Shown here: piece by piece, positions 1 through 12,641 of the stretch
Layout: the number at the start of each line of letters is the position of its first letter
How positions within the stretch are numbered: the first letter of the stretch is position 1
Assembly: GCF_006345805.1 (NCBI RefSeq)
Contig: NC_042999.1
Coordinates: 101,308,001 to 101,372,000, forward strand
Direction of reading: 5' to 3'
From: Octopus sinensis
Taxonomy: Eukaryota
Length of the DNA: 64,000 nt
Position numbers and translations under genes: made by a program
The notes under the pieces: generated by a model
Told to the model about the DNA's origin: nothing
Databases searched by the model: none
What the model saw: the letters and a program-made list of their open reading frames with translations, nothing else

Positions 1-1569
1 TATAAGTTTTAATATCATAAATTTCACTTTGCAGTTGGAAGAAATATAAGGAATTAATAGCTTGTGCATGTAACATTTCTGGGCAGAATTCTTTAGTTTA
101 GACTGCCTTAATTCAACTAACTGTTAATATTATTTGTAAAAAGAAAGTGTTCCATTAAGGTGAAATTCATCCTTCATCTTTTCATTTATGCCATGGAATC
201 AAAATTACACATCAACTTTATAAGCAGTTGTGAAGCTTAGAATGCAATTACATTCACAATTTAAAATTATTACATTCCAGCTGCTTTTAGTAACAACAAT
301 AGTCACAGCTATTCCAATAATCTTTCACCTATTGTCATAAAAGCAATGCTTATTTACAGGCTTTGGTCAAGTCAATTACCATTAAAGACTGAAGAATGAA
401 TCAGTTTGAAAAGATGTTAACTGCACTATTCTCTATCCATGCTTCTTAGGTTGACACAGTTGACAGTACTTGTTGAGACTTGTAATGTCACCTTATTAAA
501 ATCTAAATATATGAGATGAGTTATTAATATGCTTATAATTTTTCAGACAATTGATCTCATCTATAGATATGAGATATTATATATTAGCTTGGATCTCTAA
601 TCATCAGTATATCTTATTCATAGATATTTACACAGAACCACACTGGATCAAACTAGGAGTCTTTATCTGTAAATGAATGGTAAGTATTATGTATATATCC
701 AGGAATAAGACACTTGATGATGGCTTTAGAGCAAAGCAATCAAAATATATAGGTTAGCTGTAAAAATTAATTTCTAACACAGTCACAAGGCTGAACAAAA
801 TTTATAGTTGATTAAGATTCTTTTATCAGTAACTGATGGATGAAAGGCAAATCTGATTTCAGCAGAATCTGAACTCAAAAAAGGTTATAATTAAATACTT
901 TAAAGACGAACTTAATATTCCAAAAAAGGATAAATGTTAAAATAAAATGTTTCCATTTAACAAAGACCAACTAAATTTAAGGAATACATGGAGAGAAAAT
1001 AATAAATGTTATTGCTATGAATGTGACACGGGTGAATCAAGAGTTTTAACTTGGGATTGAAACTGGATTACCATTTCAATTCACCAAGAGCATATCACTA
1101 CATCACAGTACTTGTCACAAAACAGGATAAGCTATGTATGAATATAAAATTAATGAGAACTACATCTCTAAGTAAATTACCCAAGTTTAAAAAAGCATAA
1201 AATCAAGTTTACATTTATTTGAGTGGTGTTATGTGATAATTACTAATCAGCTCAACTCTACTTAAGGCACACTTTTTGCTTTGAATAATAATTTTTATTT
1301 ACATAGATGACCAAGATTTGGAGAGAAAGAAAAACTAAATTTTCTCGTTATCCATATATTTGTTTAAAAAAAAAACTAACAATTTAAGTAAAACTGTTAA
1401 CATCTTATTTCCCCATAATGCTATAAATACAACTAATGAAATATTGATGATTTAAGTCTTACAATACAAAACGTTTTGAAACATCATCAGAATGCTGAAT
1501 GCTTAATGTTTGTATGCTCAAACAAACTGAGAAAAAAGATAGGATATAAGAAGAATTTGATGCAATAAG

Positions 1570-1818
1570 CAAGTGAGGAAAATGTACTGCTACAAAGATG
1601 TGATGCACGTGCCAAGTTATCCAATTAAAAGGATTATGCAAAAGAGGAAAGGCAAGGAAGATATGTAAAGTGGTGAAAACTGATCTCAAGAGGATGAACT
1701 TCATGTAGCAGATGACAAAGGCATGCAAAGAATGGTGAGATGTTATACTAGATAAAATCCATCCAGTCCAAGTACAGAAAGCCAATGGAAAAATGATGAT
1801 GATGATGATGATGATGAT
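1570..1818 (+). mobile_element. Decayed RTE-clade LINE 3' end with (GAT)n tail
   Basis: Degenerate coding resembling RGRPRKTW..VVK.DL (aaaagaggaaaggcaaggaagatatgtaaagtggtgaaaactgatctc), then atccagtccaagtacagaaagccaatggaaaa and (GAT)n. Confidence 0.5.
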
Positions 1819-2100
1819 GGGGAGGAGGAAGAAGAGGAGGAGAGGGGTGGCAGCAGCAAGAGGGATGAGAAGGGGGAGGGGAGAGAGTGTAAGGAGCAGG
1901 AGAGGGGATAGGGGAGGGAGGGGAATAGGGAGGAGTGACAAGATGAGGGGAAGAGGAGGAGGGGAAGGGAACAGGAGGAGTGAAAGGATGAGGAGGAAGG
2001 GAAGGGGATGAGGGGAAGGAGATGAGGGAAAGAGAAGAAAAGGAAGATGGTGACAGTGGTGATGGTGGTGGTGGCTGTGACAACAACAACACTCGTAATG
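1793..2100 (+). repeat. Compound (GAT)n / GA-rich polypurine / (GGT) low-complexity tract
   Basis: Directly visible; about 90% purine between 1819 and 2050 with many GGG runs. Confidence 0.9.
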
Positions 2101-2116
2101 ATAATGATGACATATT

Positions 2117-2440
2117 TTAGACAACAACTAAAAAGCCATCAGACTGATTTACAAAGACTGTCCCACCAACTCATTACAACTGCTAATCAACAGAGATACA
2201 GTCTCACACTCTATCAATGCTATCACTACTACAAGGGTCTCTGCTCCTCCTCTGAACTTGCTACTTACATACCACTTTTACTCAAGTCCAACTTAGACAC
2301 TAGTCTCTCTCCTTTTCTCATCAACCATAATGCATTGCTTAACTCACCATCACCACCAATTCCATAGTAACCACTTTTCCAATTGTTTCCTCTATCCTAG
2401 AACATACTCTCAGGAATTTACTTTTTATTCATATTTTTCA
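2117..2440 (+). mobile_element. CR1-type LINE 3' coding remnant
   Basis: Translates with frameshifts to LD..*KAIRLI ... YHYYKGLCSSSELATYIPLL, resembling the CR1 C-terminal FYRYY.G.CS.EL motif. Confidence 0.65.
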
Positions 2441-2853
2441 TGCAGGAGTCAATTTATATGTGTTTAAACTAAACATCAAAGTATCACTCTCACCTGTCTC
2501 AGACAGTCTAGAGTATTCTTAATTCATCATTTCTTAGCAACCTTTTACAAAGTTTATTCAATACATTTGTTACTCTCATGTTATACAGTGTATGGATTTT
2601 TTTTTCACTTGAATGTGTTATATCAATAACAACCAAATATTTACAATAACAGAACTTCCATTTACTTCCTATCTCAGATGCTTTCTTTTTTTTTTTCATA
2701 ATCAGTGATGTTTAAAACCAAATTTCTTTCACAGAAATTATTTGTTGATTAAATAACATTTATAGAATGATCTGTCACAAAATTATCCATTTTAGAACAT
2801 CCAGTTAAAATCATCATCATCGTCATTAAATGATCAGGTAGGAAATCTCTTGT

Positions 2854-3409
2854 TCACAGGTAATCACTGAAAAAATTTCTAAAAGTCAGTTGGAAACTTC
2901 TTTGGATGAGCTGAAATGATTTAAACATTACTTAACTAATTTCTGAGCAACATGTTCTTGGTAAGAATTATGCACTTTTAATGCATAAATACCTACAAGC
3001 CAGTGGTAAATTGGCAGGACTGCCAGGGAATCAGACAAAATATCTAGTGGCATTTCTACCAGCTTTTTCCATTCAGAATTCAAAATCTAGCAGAGGCAAA
3101 TTTATGTTTCATCCTTCTGAAGTCAATGAAATTGAGTATCAGTCTTGGATGGTGATTAATGAAATTGTTAGAGCATGAGTATTTTGTCCTACATTCTAAC
3201 AATTCCAATTGATAAAATATAGTAGCAGTCAATATACTGAGGTGTAGCCTTCTCTTTCTTTAGATGTCATGCCTTTGAGATTTCATTGGGTTAAAAGTGT
3301 GAAGGTGAAGAGAGTGTCTACATCTGCTCACAAATATACCTGCACTTAAAACAGGAGTGAAAGTATGAAACATGCTGCTACCAAGTCACATTCAAAAGAT
3401 GACTAATCA
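2854..3409 (+). repeat. Left arm of ~555-bp inverted duplication
   Basis: Reverse complement of 4967-5515 along its whole length, ~93-95% identity by eye; includes a decayed SINE at ~2995-3150. Confidence 0.95.
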
Positions 3410-4344
3410 ATCTAAATTATAAAGTTTAGAACAAACTGGCCAGACTATCAATTAATCTGTAAAACAACACAATAATATAGTAATGTATAATACTGATGTT
3501 ATAATATACATGATAAGGCTAACATTTAATGAATTTCTATAACATACAGAGAGTATTCTTTTAAATATCTTACTTGATGGTGAACAATAAATGTTAAGCA
3601 TTTAAACAGTAAGAAGAAAACTGTTATAAAAAGAGACTTAAAGAAAGGTTAAGTCTATACTTTATTGCTTTTCAAATATACCAAACAATTGTAACCTTAA
3701 TGATATTCTCTATTGTAGTGAAAATATTTTTAAGAATTTGCCTTCTTTTAAATTCTACAAAAAGAAAAAGAGAAACCAATTTAAAGTACATTGCATTCTG
3801 AGGTTTCTATGACTATAATCATAAATATCATTGATCTCTTGATAAACACTAAGTGACTAGAAAAACTGAAACACACATCAAATGGATCACTGTATCATTT
3901 CTCTTAAGCTAAAAAGATCAGTCAGAAAGAGCAGGAAACTATGTGGGGGAACCTATAAAATAAAATGTATCTGGTTAAATAGATCAAGATGTGAATTACT
4001 TACAAATTACTGAGTCAAAGCTAATCTTAAGAGACTATTATGTAGAGGAGAAATATTTAAATTCAATGAATATGGTACTGCAGTGCAGCCATCTGAGTAA
4101 ATGCAGAATGAAGTACATTATGGATAATCTTACAAACAAAACCAAAATGCATTAGCAGAATTAAATAGATAGATGATTTATACTGGAATTATGAAAGTCA
4201 AAGAATGATAAATATTGAGGTATACTATCCTAAAGAAGAACCACCAGAATTTACATGCATATTATTAATGTCTTCCTTAAAAAAGTAACAGTGGCTTTTA
4301 CTTATAATAATAATAATGATGATGATGATGATAATAATAATAAT

Positions 4345-4930
4345 GTGCCCTGATGCAGTACCAGGCAGTGGCTCTCATGGCTTCTGATCTTAATTAATTA
4401 TTATCATGTACATGTTTTATCTTGGTGTAACAGATAGACTATAATAAATATTCTGCTCCATTCCATAGATTTGCTTGTCAGTTGCTTGACCTTAATCAAT
4501 TGAGTCCTTAGTGGCTAATGATATGTGCATCTCTGATCATGAGCAGAAATAGTGGAGGAGCAACATAGCCATGTGTTGAGAGAAATTTTTTGGTGCTTGA
4601 ATAATTCACCATTAGAAACATAAGTGCTTCATTCATCATCCTTAAACAACCCTTATTCATCGAGTTTTTGAGTGGGATGGGCTACTCGAGCTGAAGCAAA
4701 TTCTAACTGGTGCACTGGGAACTAACTCTAAAGATTTGAACAGATGGATAGAAGAAATAGGCATGAAACCCAGTTTAGTACAACTCCAGATAACAATGTT
4801 ATTAAGGACAGCTAGGATACTTAGGAGGGTTCTTGGCATCTAAGGTTACTAGTTCTAGCCCAAAGTTAGGATTTTTCTTTTCACTCACTCTAATCTGTTG
4901 TGTGTATATGACAATAATAGTGATAACTTT
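4345..4930 (+). mobile_element. TAA-flanked composite non-autonomous retroelement (body shared with 11059-11585 plus R4/Dong-like 3' end)
   Basis: Follows (TAA)n. Most of 4345-4710 (from ~4375) is the reverse complement of ~11235-11585. The sequence then switches to LINE coding and ends in aataatagtgataa. Confidence 0.7.
4706..4843 (+). pseudogene. C-terminus of an RLE-type (R4/Dong-like) non-LTR retrotransposon ORF
   Basis: 46 codons: TGALGTNSKDLNRWIEEIGMKPSLVQLQITMLLRTARILRRVLGI*, matching the GALG...LLGTARILR.VL terminal motif of R4-clade ORFs. Confidence 0.75.
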
Positions 4931-4966
4931 TTCATGTTATTTGCTACTGGGTCACTAAGAATCTCA

Positions 4967-5515
4967 TGATTAGCCATCTTTTGAATGTGACTTGGTAGCA
5001 GCATGTTTCATACTTTCACTCCTGTTTTAAGTGCAGGTATATTTGTGAGCAGATGTAGACACTCTCTTCACCTTCACACTTTTAACCCAATTAAATCTCA
5101 AAGGCATGACATTTAAAGAAAGAGGCTATACCTCAGTATATTGATTGCTACAATATTTTATCAATTGGAATTGTTAGAATGTAGGACAAAATACTCATGC
5201 ACTAACAATTTCATTAATCACCATCCAAGACTGATACTCAATTTCATTGATTCTAGAAGGATGAAACAAATTTGCCTCTGCTAGATTTTGAATTCTGAAT
5301 GGAAACAGCTGGTAAAAAACACAAGATATTTTGTCCGATTCCCTGACAGTCCTGCCAATATTACCACTGGCTTGTAGGTATTTATGCATTAAAAGTGCAT
5401 AATTCTTACCAAGAACATGTTGTTCAGAAATTAGTTAAGTAATGTTTAAGTCATTCCAGCTCATCCAAAGAAGTTTCCAACTGACTTTTAGAAAGTTTTC
5501 AGTGATTACCTGTGA
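4967..5515 (-). repeat. Right arm of ~555-bp inverted duplication
   Basis: Reverse complement of 2854-3409; the ORF track shows near-identical peptides MHKYLQASG...EIEYQSWMVINEIV on opposite strands. Confidence 0.95.
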
Positions 5516-5800
5516 GAGAGTCTTGTCTTTGATTTGAGCTTCTCCTCCCTGTCTGTCTCTGACAATTATTCTACTCCAAACTCTATCCTCAGGGCTGCAA
5601 CCAGTTCTGAAAAAAGTAGTTTCTTGGACCTGCTGCTGTTGTTGACAGCTTTCTTCCTTTCTTTTCTATCCAGTTTCTTCAGGTAGAAAGCCACCGACTG
5701 GCTTTTAATGTCATATGTTTATCAACAAGGATTTCGTTTCAGTATCTGCAGTCTAATTGCTTTACTTTCTATAACCACAATGAGGTACAACTTTTCAGAT
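5516..5800 (-). pseudogene. Possible retrotransposon gag-like remnant
   Basis: Minus-strand reading AFYLKKLDRKERKK...LFSELVAALRIEFG with stops; the resemblance is weak. Confidence 0.3.
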
Positions 5801-7339
5801 ATGCTTGTTCTTTGAGCATCATCTCAATAAAAGTTGACCTAGGGCTAAGCAGCAACAACAACAACAAACTGACATCACTCAGTACATTTCCAATGCTAGT
5901 CAAAATCTAAAGAAATGTGTTATTTTCATATTAGATTATTAAAATAAATAATAATGATTTCTCACATTAGTACAACTAAATCAACTACATACAAAATTCT
6001 TTTACTTTTTTTTTATCAATGCTGGAAGGTTTGAAGTTAGAATATAGAAGAACTAAATGAAATATTCAAAGATATTTAATGTGGTGCTCTTCTGTTTCTG
6101 ACATTCTATTGCCTTAAATAATGAGAATCAAGTATAAACACACATGTACATATATATATGATTTTTGCATTATGATATTTATTTTTAGCATTTTAAGTTT
6201 TTATCTCTCTTTTTTTTTTTTTTTTATTACTGGAAGCTTGTATTTTACTTCTTCAAGGTCTATCCCTTAAATATGTGTCCAATTATAGAATAGCATATAC
6301 AGAAATAACATATGTGTATGCATGCATGCACACATGCATGCATTGCATTTAGATTATTTTCTAATTTTGCTTGTTATTGATTATTCAAAAGGATGTAATA
6401 TTTGATAGAATGTCATCAATGGGGAAAAAGTTTAATGTATTATTCATGTACTGTTTCTGTGTTCAGAGGGTGCTAAATATTAGAATATTAATAATCCACA
6501 CTTGTTCATATTTCAGTGCTGTCTCAAAAGTCCGAATACAATAGTATGCTTTGTGTACTTTTTTACTGTCATGCTAAGATAGCTTGGAAATAGAAGGTTG
6601 TCAATGAACAAACAGAATGACAGGAGGAAAAAATGAATTTGAGTTAAAAGATTAACTGTTTCTTTGTCACACTTTACTAGAGATACAAACATAAAACTGA
6701 ATAAGTAAATTGAAATGAAAGTAAGATTTGTAAAAAATGAGTGCTGGGTGTTTTGAATGACAGAAAATACATCTGTTGATTAATTTAAACATGTCCACAC
6801 ATACACTTCCTTCTGAAAAACATTCCCTTATAGTTCATAAAACTATTGTCATTTTGAATAACATGGATAAACTAATATATGATACTTGGGTATGGTAAAA
6901 AAAAATTTGCTTATTAATACCTATTATCTTATTATTAATAATTATTAGTAACCCAAGTCATAGTATCATTGTTACTGCTATTATTCTTTATCTCCAATTC
7001 AATCCTGATTAAATAGCTCTATAATCAAAGACAATGCAAATGTGATGATACCGTCTTTTTTGAAAGCATATGCCTACAGCTATATTATATAAATCTGTTC
7101 TTGTTTTCTCTAGGACTGTGAGGTGTGACCTGCAAGAGGTTTGGCTGCCATTTCTAGCAAGTCAAACAGCCAAGTAGATAAATATTCTTTCATTTGTGTG
7201 TATTGTTGCCATGCTTCCACTGTTTCTGTTATCAATATCAACAAAACACTTTTCACAAATTTTGTAAAATTCTAAAAAATGTTGAGAATGTGTACAATCA
7301 TTTTGTTTTACTAGTTAAATAATTTTCTTAGATTCATTT

Positions 7340-7720
7340 GAAACACCTTATTGCAAATATTCCTTGACCTACCCCTGCTTTGAATATCTTTAAGTATCAG
7401 CTCATAATAAACAATTCAGTCATGTTCTTTTCGTCTGCTTTTATCTCATGCATATATTATCTATCTTCTTCCTTAAAAGCAACATTCCATGCTTGTATTT
7501 TCCCTCAGCTTCCTCAACATCCAGTTTTACATTTACAATTTCCGTAGATAGCATTTATCTGCTTCCACTTCAAAATTTTGATGGATCTTTTACCTTTTGA
7601 TAATTCATTTTTAGCACACCTTATTCTATATTCTCATAGCATCTATTTAAATCTTCAAATATCTCCACAATGTGAACTATATCTGTATAAACAAGATTCA
7701 AGAAGTATTCATCGTGATAT
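7340..7720 (-). mobile_element. Heavily decayed RTE-type LINE fragment
   Basis: Minus strand resembles the post-RT segment (YG.E.W.L....EKIQA.EMW..RR) with many disablements. Confidence 0.35.
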
Positions 7721-9680
7721 TCATGTCTTAACATCACAGTAAGCACCTTTAAGAACTAGTAACGAAAAGAGAAAACAAAATAAATGTAATTCTATGCAGC
7801 TATCTTAAGAATAAATTCACTCCCTGACTTCTGACACTTTTATTCATGGAATTTACTAGACAATTATCTACTTTAAATTTCCTTTATTCTACACCAACCT
7901 ACAGTTTAATCGATTCTACTAAAAGCCTTTTCTTGGCTAGAAGGGATGAGCTATATTCAATCCTTCTGCATTAAATATTTCTTCAGAAGTTGTTTCAATA
8001 GAATATTCAACAGAATAACATATATTGTAAATTGTTCAGATCATGTACACTATTTACATTAATTTTAAAGTAAATTTATTTCCTTACACATTAGCTCTTT
8101 TGCATAGCTTTATCATTTATAAAAGTTATAATAGTATTGATGTGCCAGTAATCAGCTAGAGCACTTTAACATATTATCTTATTCATTGGATACATGATGA
8201 ATTTTAATCTCATCCAACCAAAAAATGTCTATGCACTTTAATACCCAACTTGTACCACAGAACCAAGAGCAGTATCATGCAAATTGGTTTCAAAAGGGTT
8301 AGGGTATTCTCATTAATATTCAAACATTTTCAATTATTTTTTAAAATATGCTTCCTCTTGGATTAATTTCTAATACCTAAGGAGATGTTCAAGTCCTAGG
8401 CTATTAGAAATTAATAACATAAACTAACATAATCTATGTTATTAGTTTATATGGACGAGTCACTATGTAAAAAGTGACTGTCTCTTAAGCATGTGTAAAA
8501 TATTTGTATAGTATCTTAAAGTACACTTCTGTTATTTTTTATAACAAAATAACAAACTTGATTGAATTTTATCAAATTTGGACAGTTCAATTTTTATAAA
8601 TTCAGACAGCTCCTTTCTTTTCTTTTTCTCTTTTAATTACCTATTAACTGAAACTAATCAAGTAAAAATTCCACTGAGGAAATAGAACTATTAATTAATT
8701 CTGTCACCATATAATGGATGTTTTAAAAGAATCCTTGCAGTTTTTCTCACTTAGAGCTCACAAGATAAAATTGCTCCTTTACAGATAACAAATTGAGCTA
8801 CCTCTTTCTCTCTATTTTTTAGAAATATATGTACAAAAATGAACCAATGAAAAAAAACATAAAAATCTAAATAAGCGTGCATTAATTTAGGCATTTGTAA
8901 TATGGACCTAAATTAAACTTGACTCCACAATACTAAAAAGTTTCAAAAGAGCAATCTCTGTGAATAGCACAATATCGAACAAAGTTTCAACTATTGACAA
9001 TTTCTGAATGCAAAATTTATATAGAATTATATGTTCAAATAGAATTTTAAAAATTTTATTTGGAACAAAATAAAATATTTTTAACAGATGATATGCTGTC
9101 ATATCAATTATGACAAAATAAAGAGAATAGTTCAAAATTTAATAGCATAATTAAAAAAATAGAAAATTACAATTATTAAGAAAAATTAAATGAATATAAC
9201 AGCAGTTTTTCAGAGTATAATACAAAGATGGTTTTCTATTTTTTAAATATGATGGTTGCTAGTCTTTTAAATGAAATGTCTTATAATGAAAATATTTACA
9301 GTAGTAAACTGTAATAGATAAAAAAATTGAAAAATTAAAAGTGTAAAATTAAATCCATATTAATATGTTCCTAACAGTCGACTTACAAACAAAAATACTA
9401 ATTCTGAGTAATTTTTTTTTTCAGTGGCATTCAGACAACTTAGTTAAAATGGCAGCAGACTACATAGCCAGAATTTAAATGCATCAGAAGCACATTGCTA
9501 AATCCAACTTCATTTATCTTTAATAGAACATACTCCACTTTTCCAAATAATCATTTCTAAAAATATTATTTTGTTATTGATTTTAATTACAAGGTTTAAA
9601 GCTCATACCAGGGAACTTTTTTAATACACTTAACCAAATGAAGTAATAATTTTCATTAAAGAACACAACCATTTATATAC

Positions 9681-10072
9681 AGGCACAAGCATGGGTGTGT
9701 GATAAGAAGCTTCCTAACAAACGACATGGTTCCGGGTTCAGTTCCACTGTGTGGCACCTTGGGCAAATGTCTACTATAGCCTCAGGCTGACCAAAGCCTT
9801 GTGAGTGGATTTGGTAAACAAAAACAAAAAGAAGTGTGTGTGTGTGTGTGCATGTGTGCATTTGTCACTCACCACCCTTTGACAATCAGTGTTGGCATGT
9901 TTACATCTCTGTAATTTAGCAGTTCAATAAAAGTGAATGATAGAATAAGTACTGGGCTTAGAAGAAATGAAAAAATAAGTACTGGAGTCAATTCATTTGA
10001 CAAAAAATTCTTCAAGGCAGTGCTCCAGCATGGCCACAGTTTAATGACTGAAACATGTAAAAGATAAAAGAT
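9681..10072 (+). mobile_element. tRNA-derived SINE family A (octopus-type, central microsatellite)
   Basis: Head catggttccgggttcagttccactg (B-box-like), central (TG)n, 3' gtgctccagcatggccacagt and taaaaga tail; homologous to 38892-39305 and 46207-46652. Confidence 0.9.
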
Positions 10073-11058
10073 GTCTCAAATAGTCATGAGAGAGTAAAAT
10101 CAAATATTGAGGGTGAAATTTATTCTTCCTCTTCAAACTGAGAGGGTTTCTTACACTGAAACCACTAATATCTGTAAATAAATCCTCATTTCAAATTTAT
10201 CAAGATCTATGTAAATTACTAAGAATCACACTATTATTATCATCATAGTGATTAGTGTTACCAGATAATAACACAGAAGAAAGCTTAAATGGTGAAAGGG
10301 TGAATTTTGCTGGCTTTGAATAGTTATACAGACTGAACATCTTTATAACTTAAAATTTAATTGGCAGATCAAATAATCAGAAGCTCAACTACATATTCTT
10401 TATACAATAATTTATATGGAATAGTTTTAAGCTGTTAGTGTTTTTAATCGCTGCTTTGATTGACTGATGGAGTGGGGGTGGGCAAATGGAGAGAATAGAT
10501 AATTAGGTGTACAGACAGATTAATAGATAGGTAGATACATGTTATTGGGGACAAAGAAGGTGAAGAAATTACTTAATACTAGAAGGAGAATGGAATACAA
10601 TTTTTGTATATTTGTAAAATTTCAGCTTCTACTTGATTACATAGATGTATGTGTAACAGAATTAATTATGATTAAATAATTTCAGAACCAATTCTCTAAA
10701 TTTGATTTCTAAGTATACTCTGTGAACTTTGCAACTATAGAAACGAGTACAAGGAAACCTCAACTATAATACACAAGTTCACTTCACAGCTTCAGCATTC
10801 AATGTTTCAGGAAGCACACAGAGTTTTAATATAATTTGAATTGAGAAAAATTATTGTTATTCACTCTTTGAGGATTATAACATACCTATCTGCCATATAT
10901 ACCATGATTTGTTGAAGTGCTCCAATCATAATTGATCAATGTATAACCAACCATTCTTTGGTTAATCTCATTTTGCTAGCCAAGTTCCTGCATACAGTGC
11001 AGCTGAGGCAATCACCTGCATTTTACTTATCCCTTTAATTATTATTATTATTATTATT

Positions 11059-11585
11059 GAGTGAGAGAGCAGTTCATGCCATCAAAGTGACACTGGGGTA
11101 AAATATACGAAGCCCAATATACCCATCATGACTACCCGTCTGATAAAGGTACACCAGGCACATGCATCACAACCATATGTGCGCGACATGGTGATCTCAT
11201 ATCAAGATAAACAGCACATGACCTTGCAGGTGGGGCCCAGTTAGAATTTTCTTCAGGTTGAGTAGCCCATCCCGCGCAAACGGTCCCTGAATAAGGGTTG
11301 TTTAAGGATGTTGAAAGAACCACCCATGTTTCCAGAGGTGAACTATTCAAACCCCAAAGAATCCCTCTCAACACATGGCTATGATGCTCCCCCACTACTT
11401 CTGCTCGTGATCAGAGATGCACATATCGTCAGCCACTAAGGGACATGCTCAACTGGTTAAGGTCAAACAACTGACAAGCAAATCTGTGGTATTGAGCAGA
11501 ATATTTGCTGTAGCCCATCTTTTATACCAAGACAAAACAATGTACATGATAACACTTCCAATCAGTTAAGATCAGAAGCCATGAG
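11059..11585 (-). mobile_element. ~530-bp non-autonomous element inserted in a (TAA)n microsatellite
   Basis: Flanked by (TTA)n on both sides, GC/CpG-richer than its flanks, and homologous to 4345-4710 in the opposite orientation. Confidence 0.8.
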
Positions 11586-11640
11586 TATTATTATTATTAT
11601 TATTATTATCATTATTATTATTGCCATTATTATTATTACA

Positions 11641-11930
11641 TAGGACAAATGGCCTAGTGGTCAGGATGTTGCACTCACAATCACAAGATTGTGGTTTCAA
11701 TTCTTAGACCAGATGCTGTGTTGCATCCTTAAACAAAATACGTCATCTCACATTGTTTTGCAATCACTTCCACACCTGATGTGTCTGTTTGGACAATGTT
11801 GATATGATGGAGGGAGTGAGCTAATGTGTAGCACATACATTTGATCCATGTAAACAAATCATTTATGTAGGTTGTTTCAGCAAAAGAGCTGAACACTCAT
11901 ACATCATCTTCGATGGGAGTGTCCATCATT
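11641..11930 (+). mobile_element. tRNA-headed SINE (second family)
   Basis: A-box-like tggcctagtgg and B-box-like ggtttcaattc; a similar head occurs at ~55885-55990. Confidence 0.6.
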
Positions 11931-12149
11931 ATTACATACAAGATCAATTTTCTGGAGTTAATTTCATTTATGCTAATGATATGCTGCATGATTGTGTGGA
12001 ATTTTATTGCAGATAATTTCTTCTTCTTTCAGAAGAACTGCAGAAAAAATCCTTAGCCTCAAAAAGTGGTCAAGAGTTAAAAGAGGTGGAAGGAATTCAG
12101 AGTAGTGTTAATTTTGTAGGCAGCAAAAAGGCTTCTCACTCCAGGCAAA

Positions 12150-12560
12150 AAGACAAACTATGTGAAGTCTGAAGTAAGATGCAGCAGAGTGTTGAAACTT
12201 ATATACTTAATGTAGATCTGAGGAGGTAAGATAAAAATGAAGCGCATATCATCTGGTGACATGAATAGCAAGGTACAGCAAGCAAACTAAGTGATTTGGC
12301 ATGAACAGAATCAGCTTATGTGTGAAGAAAAGACAGGTCTATTAGTATTGACATATAATGCAACTGGTCAACACCTACTGGGTGAAAAGGTGGTGGATGC
12401 TAATAATGGCATCAAGAGCAGAGCCAGGCAGGTGAAATGGTTTAATTATAACTGAAGATGTTGAGTCTCACAAATTAGATGACAAATAATCAAGACGTGT
12501 GATATGCCATAATCTATGCCACCATGGGAAAAATAATCAGTAAAATAGAGATGATGATGA
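12150..12560 (+). mobile_element. Decayed RTE LINE 3' region
   Basis: Resembles the same 3' end as 1570-1818 and finishes in gatgatgatga. Confidence 0.35.
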
Positions 12561-12641
12561 AATTCTATCTACTTTATTTCCATTATTTTTCCTATACTGG
12601 TGTGTGTGTGGGTGGGTGTATGTGTGCACACAAACACACAT

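Noticed and set aside
1459-2127. 222-aa minus-strand ORF and overlapping ORFs
   Set aside because: They are translations of the polypurine/polypyrimidine and triplet repeats (poly-P, L, S, I, H) with no domain signal.
9681-9780. tRNA-like A/B boxes in SINE heads
   Set aside because: No cloverleaf, and they continue into repeat bodies; these are SINE promoters, not tRNA genes.
10135-10175. ctgagagggtttcttacactgaaaccacta as a hammerhead
   Set aside because: The core does not match CUGANGA and no stem I or III could be formed.
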